From Desulfobulbaceae bacterium (lineage in GTDB: Bacteria > Desulfobacterota > Desulfobulbia > Desulfobulbales > Desulfocapsaceae), in contig JAMOMO010000276.1 of the NCBI GenBank assembly GCA_027067035.1, forward strand, positions 1 through 34,968: 34,968 nucleotides of DNA, in the 5' to 3' direction. The notes below the pieces were generated by a model that saw nothing but the letters and a program-made list of their open reading frames with translations, had not been told where the DNA came from and did no database searches. The position numbers and the translations under genes were made by a program. Of the stretch, positions 25,740 to 34,661 are shown piece after piece. Each line of letters begins with the position of its first letter. Position 1 is the stretch's first letter.

Positions 25740-26855
25740 TTATTGAAGGTCTGCCGGGCTTTTGGACTGCAGTGGAGCTTCTGTTTCCTGCTGGAGAGCG
25801 TCGGTTGAGTTCTCCTGACCTGCGGCTCTGTTCTGCAGGTAGAGCAGAGCGTCTTTACAATACCTGGTGAGAACCGCATCAACATCCGCCGTGAAGTAGA
25901 TGAACTCAAGCTCTTCCTCAAAACTGTTGACAAAAGGCAGTCGTGTCAGTGCGTCTTTTTCCACAGAAAAGGCAAATATCATGGTGCCCAGCTGGTGGGC
26001 AGTGGCAGTGAAATCAGCAAGAAGCAGTTCTCCTTCAGGGCTGGCCAGCATCTCTTTGGGCAGGCCGATGGCGGCAACGGAACTGCTCAGTGCCCGAATT
26101 CCCGATCTGCTGAACATCCAGTCATAGTTGTAGCTGACCCATTCACCCCACTCCTCGGTTTTGGTTTCCTGGCCGTCGTTGGAGTCTATTAACTGCACCA
26201 GTTGGACGGTCATGCCTGTTCGCGGCAGGAACTCCTTGCGGATCCGTCGCAGTTCATTGGCGTCATATGAAAAGATGAAGGCATCATTCTGTGTCTCTCC
26301 ATAGCCGAACTGCTGGAGGATACTGAGCAGGGGACGGGTGAGGTCTTTGCCCTCCTTGTGGTGCAGCCACGGTTTTCTCAGCTCAATGGCCACGGTGTTG
26401 TTTTTCTCGTAGTTTTTGTTCAGGGCGGTGATAAAGGCAAGTTCTTCCTCAAGGGTATGGATACGAAAGAGGGAGGAGAGAGCGGGCGGATTTATTGCCG
26501 CCGGATCAAGGAGCCTGAGATTTCGGATCTCCTCCAGGCTGAAATCGAAACTGTAGTAGCGCCCGTCTTCCCTGGCGCGGTCGGGAAAAATATCGCCAAC
26601 GTTGGTGATGTCGGTGATATCTATTGAATCAAGCACCAGTACCTGATCATCGGCACTGAGGACCACATTGAAGGTGATAATCTCCGCATCACCGGCAACG
26701 GCCAGTGCCACTGCGGGCAGACTGTTTTCCATGAGGTAGCCTGACGCACCGCCCCGGGCAATGACTAGTTTTGCTGCCAGCGGCAGGGGAAGAAGCGTCA
26801 GAATGGTCAGGACGACACAGGCGGAGGACAGTTTTGAAAAAGAAAATCGGCGCAT
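25740..26855 (-). CDS. Exported GlpQ-like (GDPD-fold) protein lacking catalytic residues
   Basis: Signal peptide from ATG 26855; GASGYL, FPDRAREDGRYY, PW.HH.EGKD, LVQLI and YNYDWMF match periplasmic GlpQ, but the HRG, ExD and HD motifs are substituted. Confidence 0.85.
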   Translation of the reverse strand: MRRFSFSKLSSACVVLTILTLLPLPLAAKLVIARGGASGYLMENSLPAVALAVAGDAEIITFNVVLSADDQVLVLDSIDITDITNVGDIFPDRAREDGRYYSFDFSLEEIRNLRLLDPAAINPPALSSLFRIHTLEEELAFITALNKNYEKNNTVAIELRKPWLHHKEGKDLTRPLLSILQQFGYGETQNDAFIFSYDANELRRIRKEFLPRTGMTVQLVQLIDSNDGQETKTEEWGEWVSYNYDWMFSRSGIRALSSSVAAIGLPKEMLASPEGELLLADFTATAHQLGTMIFAFSVEKDALTRLPFVNSFEEELEFIYFTADVDAVLTRYCKDALLYLQNRAAGQENSTDALQQETEAPLQSKSPADLQ

Positions 26856-26868
26856 AATGGTATGATGG

Positions 26869-28020
26869 TTAAATGGCGGCAAGCAGGGATGCCGCATGGC
26901 TGAGATCGGTGGCGTTACTGAGGTTCAGGCCGGAGTCAGCGAGAATCTTCCGCCCCTCTTCGACGTTTGTTCCTTCCATCCGGACAACCACTGGAAGTGA
27001 GAGGCCTGTCTTTTTTGCAGCGGCAACAACCCCTTCAGCAAGAATGTCACAGCGGAGAATTCCTCCGAATATGTTGATGAAAATACCGCGCACATTGGGA
27101 TCCTGAAGGATAATGCGGAAGCCGCTTTCCACCATTTCAGCACTGGCTCCACCTCCCACATCGAGGAAGTTGGCGGGTTCCACTCCTGCCTGTTTAATAA
27201 GGTCCATGGTGGCCATGGCCAGACCTGCACCGTTGACCATGCTGCCGATGCTCCCGTTGAGACGGATGTAGTTCAGACCATGACTGGCGGCTGCCGCCTC
27301 CAGAGGATCTTCCTCGTCGCTGTCATGCATGGCCACGATATCCGGATGACGGAAAAGGGCGTTGGAGTCGATGTCCACTTTGGCATCGAGTGCAAGGATC
27401 TCCCCGTCTCCCGTCACCACCAGGGGGTTTATTTCAAGCAGTGAGCAGTCATAGTGCAGAAACAGTGCAAAGAGTTTTCTGAGAATCTGCGCAAATGATT
27501 TTGCGGTATCCCCTGTGAGCTCAAGGCCGCCTGTGAGTGCACGCAGCTGGTAGCCCTGCAGGCCCAGAAGCGGGTTGATACGCTGTTTGAGAATCCGTTC
27601 CGGAGTGTTCTCTGCAACCGTTTCAATGTCCATGCCACCATCCTGGCTTGCTATAATCACGATGGCGGCATGTTCCCTGTCAATCAGCATGGAGAGATAG
27701 AGTTCCCTTGATATGTCGACACCCTGCTCAATGAGTATGGTGTTGACCCTGGTCCCGGCCTCTCCTGTCTGTCTGGTGACAAGCTGCATGCCAAGGATCC
27801 TCCCGGCTGCATCCCGCGCGGCTTCAGCGGTGCGGGCAAGGCTTACCCCGCCGCCTTTTCCACGGCCACCGGCAAGAATCTGGGCCTTTACGGCAACCGG
27901 CATCTGCATTTTGGCGATTGTATCTGAAATCTCGGCAGCTGTTCTGCAGACAGCTCCCTGCGGGACAGGGATTTCTGCTTTGCGAAACAGCTCTTTGGCC
28001 TGGTATTCGTGGATTTTCAT
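26869..28020 (-). CDS. sucC: Succinate--CoA ligase beta subunit
   Basis: MKIHEYQAKELF, KAQI.AGGRGKGGGV, EINPL, NGAGLAMATMD, ANFLDVGGGA, NIFGGI.RCD. Confidence 0.97.
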   Translation of the reverse strand: MKIHEYQAKELFRKAEIPVPQGAVCRTAAEISDTIAKMQMPVAVKAQILAGGRGKGGGVSLARTAEAARDAAGRILGMQLVTRQTGEAGTRVNTILIEQGVDISRELYLSMLIDREHAAIVIIASQDGGMDIETVAENTPERILKQRINPLLGLQGYQLRALTGGLELTGDTAKSFAQILRKLFALFLHYDCSLLEINPLVVTGDGEILALDAKVDIDSNALFRHPDIVAMHDSDEEDPLEAAAASHGLNYIRLNGSIGSMVNGAGLAMATMDLIKQAGVEPANFLDVGGGASAEMVESGFRIILQDPNVRGIFINIFGGILRCDILAEGVVAAAKKTGLSLPVVVRMEGTNVEEGRKILADSGLNLSNATDLSHAASLLAAI

Positions 28021-28062
28021 CGGGGTTTTTCTTCCATGATCAGAGGTGACGGGCTGGACGTC

Positions 28063-29958
28063 CTATTTTTTCGGGTAGCCCATGACTTCAAGGGTTGAGG
28101 TTATCTCCTCAAGGCTTGTCGGGTCGTCAATGGTGGATGGCATGCGATACTCCTTGCCATTGGCAATGGAGCGCATGGTGCCACGCAGAATCTTTCCGGA
28201 TCGGGTCTTGGGCAGGCGGTCCACCACAGAGGTCTCGCGGAGACAGGCAATGGGTCCTATCTCTTCGCGAACCATCCTGACCAGATCCTTCTGAATATCT
28301 TCCGCAGTCCGTTCAACGCCCTCTTTAAGTACAAAAAGGCCTAAGGGGAGCTGACCTTTCAGCTGGTCGTCGGTGCCGATTACGGCACATTCAGCGACAT
28401 CGGGATGGGTTGCAATGACCTCTTCCATGGCACCCGTTGAAAGCCGGTGTCCTGCAATATTGATCACATCATCCATGCGTCCCATTACAAAGACATAACC
28501 ATCTTTGTCGATATAGCCACCGTCACTGGTTTCATAAAAACCGGGGAAGGTGGTCATGTAGGATGATTTGAATCGCTCTTCGTTTCGCCACAGGGCAGCC
28601 AGAGTGCCCGGAGGCAGGGGAAGTTTTATGACGATGTTGCCCTCTTTTCCGGCTTCCAGCTCTTCACCTGCATCGTTCACTATGCGGACGTCATAGCCGG
28701 GAACAGGGAGGGTGGGGGATCCGGCTTTGACCTCTTTTTCTTCAATGCCGCGGCAGTTGGCAACAATGGCCCAGCCGGTCTCTGTCTGCCACCAGTGGTC
28801 GATGACCGGAACCTTGAGAAGATCAGATGCCCAGTGGTAGGTGTCGGGGTCCAGGCGTTCTCCTGCAAGATAGAGGGCTTCAAAGGAGCTCATGTCATAC
28901 TGCTGCAGCAGGGCTCCGGTGGGGTCCATCTTTTTTATGGCCCGGAAGGCGGTGGGTGCGGTGAAGAGCACCTTGACCTTGTGTTCTGAAATGACGCGCC
29001 AGAAGGCACCTGCATCGGGAGTGCCGATGGGTTTTCCTTCGTAAATGATGGTGGTGGCTCCTTTTAACAGCGGCCCGTAAATAATATACGAATGTCCAAC
29101 CACCCAGCCCACATCGGAGGCTGACCAGAAGACATCTCCAGGGTCGATGTTGTAGATGTTTTTCATGGACCAGTGGATGGCCACCGCATGGCCGCCATTG
29201 TCCCGCATTACTCCTTTGGGCATTCCGGTGGTTCCGGACGTGTAGAGGATGTACAGGGGGTCGGTGGCTGCAACGGCAACACAGTCGGCGGGCTCACTTG
29301 CGGAAGCGAGCTCTTCCCAGTCCAGATCCCTGCCCTCCTCCATCTCTGCAGTTATCACATCGCGCTGATAAATAATACATTTTTCAGGCTTATGCTCAGA
29401 CTGCTCAATGGCTTTGTCCACCAGCGGTTTGTAGGCAATGATCTTTTTTCCCTCCACGGCTCCCGAGGCGGTGACCAGGACCTTTGGCTGGGCATGGTCA
29501 ATGCGGATGGAGAGTTCACTTGCGGCAAATCCGCCGAAGACCACGGAGTGGATGGCCCCGAGGCGTGCACAGGCGAGCATGGCCACAGCGGCCTCAGGGA
29601 TCATCGGCATGTAAATGATAACCGTGTCGCCCTTGCTGACCCCCTGGCTTTTCAGGGCACCGGCAAAGCGGGCCACGCTGTCCTGCAGCTCTTTGTAAGA
29701 GATTTTCCGAATGGTGTCGGTGACCGGAGAATCATAGATGATGGCGGTCTGCTCACCACGACCGGCTTCCACATGACGATCGACGGCGTTGTAGCAGGTG
29801 TTCAGCTCAGCTCCACTGAACCAGCGGTAGAAAGGAGGGTTGGAGGCATCGAGAACCTTGTCCCATTTTTTGATCCAGTCGATGCCGTCTGCCGCTTTTG
29901 CCCAGAACTCTTCAGGCTGCTCTATGCTCTGTTGAAATAAGGTGTCGAATTGTCCCAT
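28063..29958 (-). CDS. prpE: AMP-forming propionyl-CoA synthetase (acetate/propionate-CoA ligase family)
   Basis: YTSGTTGMPKG, SDVGWVVGHSY, LAGERLDP, DHWWQTETG, PKTRSGKILR; context of methylmalonyl-CoA genes. Confidence 0.87.
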   Translation of the reverse strand: MGQFDTLFQQSIEQPEEFWAKAADGIDWIKKWDKVLDASNPPFYRWFSGAELNTCYNAVDRHVEAGRGEQTAIIYDSPVTDTIRKISYKELQDSVARFAGALKSQGVSKGDTVIIYMPMIPEAAVAMLACARLGAIHSVVFGGFAASELSIRIDHAQPKVLVTASGAVEGKKIIAYKPLVDKAIEQSEHKPEKCIIYQRDVITAEMEEGRDLDWEELASASEPADCVAVAATDPLYILYTSGTTGMPKGVMRDNGGHAVAIHWSMKNIYNIDPGDVFWSASDVGWVVGHSYIIYGPLLKGATTIIYEGKPIGTPDAGAFWRVISEHKVKVLFTAPTAFRAIKKMDPTGALLQQYDMSSFEALYLAGERLDPDTYHWASDLLKVPVIDHWWQTETGWAIVANCRGIEEKEVKAGSPTLPVPGYDVRIVNDAGEELEAGKEGNIVIKLPLPPGTLAALWRNEERFKSSYMTTFPGFYETSDGGYIDKDGYVFVMGRMDDVINIAGHRLSTGAMEEVIATHPDVAECAVIGTDDQLKGQLPLGLFVLKEGVERTAEDIQKDLVRMVREEIGPIACLRETSVVDRLPKTRSGKILRGTMRSIANGKEYRMPSTIDDPTSLEEITSTLEVMGYPKK

Positions 29959-30036
29959 GGTCTCCCTCTCTAAAAGTTGCTGTGTGAAAATATGTATTTG
30001 TTTGCTGGCAAGAGTATGCTGTTTGAGGATTCTGAA

Positions 30037-30654
30037 TTATTTGTCAGGGGTTACGATGCCGCGCCATATCATTTCAAACATAAGATCCGTCTGGCCGGAA
30101 AGGCTGTCTTTCTGTCCCCTTTGTACCCACATGATAAAACTTCGCTGGACAAAACCGAGCATGAAATCAAGGAGAATTCGAGTATCGATCTCCGGGTTCA
30201 GGGTTCCCTCCTCCTGTCCCTGACGCAGGACATCCATGAGAAGGTTGAACATTCTGCGCTGCTCAAAACTTTCATCACTCATCCATGTTTTCATGGGGAG
30301 GGTGAGGAAAATAATTTTTGCAAATTCATTATGCTTCTCATAGTAATCGAGCTGCAGCCAGAAGATTTTTCTGAGTTTTTCTTTCAGATCAGCCATGCCC
30401 TGGAGGTGGTCGATGATCCGGTCGGTGAGTCTTCCCATCCAGATATCCACAAAGGCAAAGACCAGCTGTTCCTTGTTGCCGTAGTGCTTATATATTGTGG
30501 CAAAACTGACCCCTGCTTTTTTTGCGATATCTCTGATGCCGACGGCATGGAAATCAGATTTTGAAAAGACTTCAAGAATGGTGTTTCCAAGGCGTGCGTG
30601 AAAGTCCAGTTTCTTCGTCGGCTCAAGGGGGTATCGGCTGCTGTTGTCTTTCAT
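30037..30654 (-). CDS. TetR/AcrR-family transcriptional regulator
   Basis: HTH IRDIAKKAGVSFATIYKHYGNKEQL; ATG 30654 with AGGA upstream (track start 30852 probably too long). Confidence 0.92.
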   Translation of the reverse strand: MKDNSSRYPLEPTKKLDFHARLGNTILEVFSKSDFHAVGIRDIAKKAGVSFATIYKHYGNKEQLVFAFVDIWMGRLTDRIIDHLQGMADLKEKLRKIFWLQLDYYEKHNEFAKIIFLTLPMKTWMSDESFEQRRMFNLLMDVLRQGQEEGTLNPEIDTRILLDFMLGFVQRSFIMWVQRGQKDSLSGQTDLMFEMIWRGIVTPDK

Positions 30655-30756
30655 ATGGTCCTGCTGTTTGTTGTCACTTGTTATCCTCGCTATCCCTTTA
30701 TAATGATGCTGGAAGAAACGGTAAAAACGAAAAATGGCACCAACGGGTAACAATAT

Positions 30757-30794
30757 TACATTGATGTATACCGTATGGTTTGAAACAAAGTCAA
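30757..30794 (-). promoter_or_regulatory. Putative sigma70 promoter of tetR with overlapping palindrome
   Basis: Minus strand TTGACT-N18-TATACA, overlapping TACAT-TG-ATGTA (30757-30768). Confidence 0.4.
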
Positions 30795-30972
30795 GGGAAA
30801 CTTTCCGGCGGATATCCTGCTGCAGGCGTCCTCTTGAGAATGAGTGGCGCATGTCTGTGCATTGATGCAGATTGCAGATGATGCCGGGATATTTGATGGA
30901 TATGCGCTCATGTTTTGTGGCCGTCGGGAAGCATTTGCAATTAAAATTGGGATACTGAATAAAATTTTGATA

Positions 30973-30981
30973 TGCTATAAT
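30973..30981 (+). promoter_or_regulatory. Extended -10 promoter element for the GGDEF/HDOD pair
   Basis: Perfect TGnTATAAT (TGCTATAAT) about 90 nt upstream of ATG 31068, in AT-rich DNA. Confidence 0.55.
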
Positions 30982-31067
30982 CTGGTGAAGAGGAAGTAAT
31001 CCGGCAGAGGGAGAGAAGGGGAATTTTCTGAAAAGAATCAGTTCTGTTGAGCTGTGATACCAAGTCT

Positions 31068-32693
31068 ATGAGCGACGATCAAAAACAATCAATATTGCTT
31101 GTTGATGCAGACCCTGTCAACCAGGCAAGCGTGCGGGATGTTCTGAAGGATCTCGATGTGAATGTGGTTGTGACGGAAAGCACCCGGGAGGTCTCTGAGC
31201 TGGTCATTCTTTACGATTTTGCCCTCATTCTCCTGGCAGTGGATCCGTCAAATCCCGAAGCGTTTGCCACAGCTGTTGCCCTGGATAACAATGAAAAGAC
31301 CTGGTATGTGCCCATTATTTTCCAGGCCGAGTCCAGGTATGTCAGTGAACTGCTGGAGCAGGGCTATGCCTCCGGCGGGGTGGACTTCCTTCATAAGCCT
31401 GTGAAGCCCGCAATTCTGCTGGCAAAGGTCAAGGTTTTTCTTGAGCTTGATGCCAGGCAGCGGCAGCTGGCTTTTGCCACTGCCACCATCCAGAAGCAGA
31501 ATCTGAAGCTTGAGGAACGGGCCATCCGGGACAGCCTCACCGGTCTCTATAATCATAATTATCTCCTTGAACAACTGGCCCGGGCAGTCTCCTATGCCAG
31601 GCGGTACAACAGTCCGCTGTCCGTTTTTCTCCTTGATCTTGATTTTTTCAAAGATGTCAATGACAGCTGTGGACATCCCTTTGGTGATTTTGTCCTGAAG
31701 GAATTTGCCAGAAGGGTTGAAGACAGTATACGTGAGTCTGACATATTCGGCCGTTATGGCGGCGAGGAGTTTCTGGTCATACTTCCCAATATAGATAGAA
31801 AACAGGCGGAAGTTGTTGCCGAGAAAATCAGAAAGAAGGTGGCTGCCACCATTTTTGCCAAGGACAGTTATGAGAGATATGTGCGGGTATCCATCGGTGC
31901 ATACTCCGGTTTTGGAGAGGAGACGGATTCCTCCGGTGTTATAATGGATTATGTTGATAACGCTCTGTACCAGGCCAAGGCGGAAGGAAGAAACAGGGTG
32001 TGTCATTATCAGACACCGCGGGGGGGCAGAGGCGGGGATGATCATATCTGCGATGTCATCGGCTCAACTCAGCAGAATCATCTCAATGCAACCATCGAGA
32101 AGGCCCGGGCCATGACCCTTGCCTCTTTCGAGGCCATGGTCCATGCACAGACCCGGGAGTATGAAATTTTTGCGGACAGGAACACTTTTTTTATCAATGT
32201 TCTCGATGAGCTCGCAAAAAAACTCAACCTGCCGGACCAGCTGATCCATTCGTTCCGACGTGCCATAAAGCTCCATGACCTGTTCCGCTGTTATATTCAT
32301 GATTCATCGGTGAAAACCGAAGGGCCGTTGAATGAGGAACAGGAGGAGATGCTGTTTGATCAGCCGCTCATGCTGCGGGAACTGACCACCATGTTTGATT
32401 TTTTTGCCTCAGAGAGGATTATTCTCTACTCCCATCATGAACATTATGACGGCACCGGCTATCCGGATGGCCTCAAGGGAAACGAAATTCCCATGGCAGC
32501 ACGGATTTTTACCTTGGTGGATTCTTTTGTGGCGATGGTGACACCTGCCGCCGAGAAAAAAGGGAAGAGCCGGGAGGAGGTGGAAGAGGAGTTGAGGAGA
32601 TGTTCCGGGACACAGTTTGATCCGTTTCTGGTCGATATGCTGATGACGACCCTGGAAAACTACGACTTTTTTTCAAAAGAAGAGGATGACTGA
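31068..32693 (+). CDS. REC-GGDEF-HD-GYP c-di-GMP signalling protein
   Basis: REC-like N-terminus (FLHKP), DSLTGLYN, DLDFFK.VND, RESD I-site plus RYGGEEF, LHD, HHEHYDGTGYP, GTQFDP; alternative TTG start 31047. Confidence 0.92.
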   Translation: MSDDQKQSILLVDADPVNQASVRDVLKDLDVNVVVTESTREVSELVILYDFALILLAVDPSNPEAFATAVALDNNEKTWYVPIIFQAESRYVSELLEQGYASGGVDFLHKPVKPAILLAKVKVFLELDARQRQLAFATATIQKQNLKLEERAIRDSLTGLYNHNYLLEQLARAVSYARRYNSPLSVFLLDLDFFKDVNDSCGHPFGDFVLKEFARRVEDSIRESDIFGRYGGEEFLVILPNIDRKQAEVVAEKIRKKVAATIFAKDSYERYVRVSIGAYSGFGEETDSSGVIMDYVDNALYQAKAEGRNRVCHYQTPRGGRGGDDHICDVIGSTQQNHLNATIEKARAMTLASFEAMVHAQTREYEIFADRNTFFINVLDELAKKLNLPDQLIHSFRRAIKLHDLFRCYIHDSSVKTEGPLNEEQEEMLFDQPLMLRELTTMFDFFASERIILYSHHEHYDGTGYPDGLKGNEIPMAARIFTLVDSFVAMVTPAAEKKGKSREEVEEELRRCSGTQFDPFLVDMLMTTLENYDFFSKEEDD

Positions 32694-33595
32694 TGCTGCA
32701 GAAGGCGAACTGCCAACCCTTTGCCCTGCACAAGCGTATTTCAGCCTGTGTAAATGATTTTGCGCCTCTGCCCGCTGTTGCCATGAGGATTATGGATATG
32801 GTCGCTGATCCTGATACAGTGGCAGTGGATCTTGAATCCGTACTGCAGGGGGATGTCTCTCTGGTCACTGCGGTTTTGAAACTGGCCAATTCCGCCTTTT
32901 ACGGACTCAGGCGCCAGGTCATCTCCCTGCGTCATGCCCTGATACTTCTCGGCAAGACCGAGGTGCAGTCTCTGGTACTCTCCCAGGTGATGTTTCAGGC
33001 ATTCAAAGTGCCGGAAGGGAGGCAGAAGGCTCTGATGACCGGTGTCTGGAGGCATTCCCTTGAATGTGCTCTGGCCACGGAGTGTGTTGCCGAGCAGTGC
33101 GGTGCCGGAGGCTCTGTCTATTTTCTCGGGGGCATGCTGCATGATATCGGCAAGCTGGTCATTGTGCAGAAATTTCTCAAAGAGATCGAAGATCTGGAAC
33201 ATTACGGCAGACTGGTTGAGTCAAGTGGCCTGGATGTTGAGCTTGAACTGCTGGGGTATGGCCACCATGAACTGGGTTCCCAGCTTCTCTATCGCTGGAT
33301 GTTTCCTCCACAGCTGGTGAAAATGGTACTGGACCACCACAGTTATGATGCTATTGCCGGGTGTGAGCTGTCGTCTCAAATCCTGATTCTCGGCAATCTC
33401 CTGAGCAGGTGGGTGCTGGTGAACAGGGCAGAGGATGGTGCTGAGGAGCAGGAGGCGGTTCTGCTGGCACTTCTGCTGCGTTGCGGGGCGGAAACAAAAC
33501 TCATTTCCGATGAGAAAGTTCTGGATATCATGAAGGACCGCTTTACCCAGCGGCTGGAAGAGCGGGCCGAGCTCCTTGACATGCTGCAGATGTGA
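32693..33595 (+). CDS. HDOD-domain protein
   Basis: PLPAVA, VLKLANSAFYG, WRHSL, GMLHDIGKL, G..HHELG..L..W.FP; TGATG overlap with the upstream gene. Confidence 0.92.
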   Translation: MLQKANCQPFALHKRISACVNDFAPLPAVAMRIMDMVADPDTVAVDLESVLQGDVSLVTAVLKLANSAFYGLRRQVISLRHALILLGKTEVQSLVLSQVMFQAFKVPEGRQKALMTGVWRHSLECALATECVAEQCGAGGSVYFLGGMLHDIGKLVIVQKFLKEIEDLEHYGRLVESSGLDVELELLGYGHHELGSQLLYRWMFPPQLVKMVLDHHSYDAIAGCELSSQILILGNLLSRWVLVNRAEDGAEEQEAVLLALLLRCGAETKLISDEKVLDIMKDRFTQRLEERAELLDMLQM

Positions 33596-33639
33596 GGGCG
33601 GCTGCCGGCTTTTTATCGTTCCTCTGAGTCCGTGACGCA

Positions 33640-33667
33640 AATCTGCCAATGGCTGTTATGGCAGATT
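33640..33667 (+). terminator. Hairpin downstream of HDOD gene, possible terminator
   Basis: 9-bp inverted repeat AATCTGCCA/TGGCAGATT with 10-nt loop and only a weak T tail. Confidence 0.35.
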
Positions 33668-33855
33668 GATTTCCCGGCAGCAACTCTTTGTTTCTGTTTC
33701 CGGATAAAAAATGCCGTAAATCATCTTTTTTTACTCTGTTGCTGTGCTGCTCTGTTGCCCTGTTTCTCTATGTATGGGATAGGAAAAGATGGGCTGCATT
33801 ATCTGAATCCTCCAAAGTTATAAGCGTTTAAGCGGAAAAAAATCAAAAAAAACTG

Positions 33856-33901
33856 TTGACGGTAAATCTGAGTGATGTATATAGGACATTAAGTATCTTA
33901 T
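33856..33901 (+). promoter_or_regulatory. Putative sigma70 promoter and Rrf2 operator for rrf2-cyd operon
   Basis: TTGACG (33856), TATATA (33878) and an upstream A-tract; imperfect palindrome ATAGGACATTAAGTATCTTAT at 33881-33901. Confidence 0.5.
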
Positions 33902-33926
33902 TTATCTTTTATTCGTTGGGTCTAAC

Positions 33927-34361
33927 ATGAGATTGACACGAGCCGGAGAGTATGCGGTCAGATGTATGGTTTATCTGGCCCACAAGGGGAAGGGAATTCA
34001 GGTTTCCAAGCAGGAAATAGCTGAGCGCGCAGACATCCCTGCCCATTTTCTGGCAAAAATAGCCCAGGATCTTGCCAGGGCCGGGATGATTGCCATAAAG
34101 CAGGGTCCCAAGGGGGGCTACAGTATGCTGAAAAACCCTGAGGAAATCTCTCTGCTTGAGGTCGTCGAGGTGATGATTGGTGAGATATTTCTCAATGACT
34201 GTGTCGGTCGCCCGCGAACATGCAAGGTGAGCAGGCAGTGCAGTGTTCACAAGGTGTGGGAAGAGGCGAGGAATCAGCTGCGGGAAACGCTGGCAAAGGT
34301 GAATCTTGCAGACTTATCCACAAGTGAGTCTTGTATTCCTGTTTTCCCTGTGCATAATTAA
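33927..34361 (+). CDS. Rrf2-family Fe-S transcriptional regulator
   Basis: MRLTRAGEYAVR, FLAKI, GPKGGY, ISLLEVVE; three Cys (C-x6-C-x5-C) followed by His. Confidence 0.93.
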   Translation: MRLTRAGEYAVRCMVYLAHKGKGIQVSKQEIAERADIPAHFLAKIAQDLARAGMIAIKQGPKGGYSMLKNPEEISLLEVVEVMIGEIFLNDCVGRPRTCKVSRQCSVHKVWEEARNQLRETLAKVNLADLSTSESCIPVFPVHN

Positions 34362-34412
34362 AGGAGCGATTATTTTGTGGTATCGTGACAAACACTGCAG
34401 CAAAAGGGGGCG

Positions 34413-34646
34413 ATGATGTTGGAGTTAAGCAGTCGGGTTTTTAGCTTTTATCGCGATGGCTTCAGGCAGATGACCGTAGGCAGGACACTGTGGAAGATCA
34501 TCATCATTAAACTGATTGTGATGTTTGCCGTCTTGAAACTCTTCTTTTTCCCCAACTATCTCAATAATAATTTTGCAACAGATGAAGAACGGGCAGGGTA
34601 TGTGCTTGAACAGATTACCAGGCAACCGGCCCAAAGTATAAAGTAA
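34413..34646 (+). CDS. DUF4492-like small membrane protein preceding cydA
   Basis: FYRDGFRQMTVGRTLW.III.KL..MFAVLKLFFFP; typical position upstream of cydA. Confidence 0.82.
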   Translation: MMLELSSRVFSFYRDGFRQMTVGRTLWKIIIIKLIVMFAVLKLFFFPNYLNNNFATDEERAGYVLEQITRQPAQSIK

Positions 34647-34661
34647 CCTGAGGAGGAAAAT

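Noticed and set aside
30006-30020. TGGCAAGAGTATGCT resembling a sigma54 promoter
   Set aside because: GG-to-GC spacing is 9 rather than 10 nt, and it points away from prpE.
30655-30852. 66-aa N-terminal extension of TetR in the ORF track
   Set aside because: ATG 30654 has an RBS and gives normal TetR length; the extension covers promoter-like sequence.
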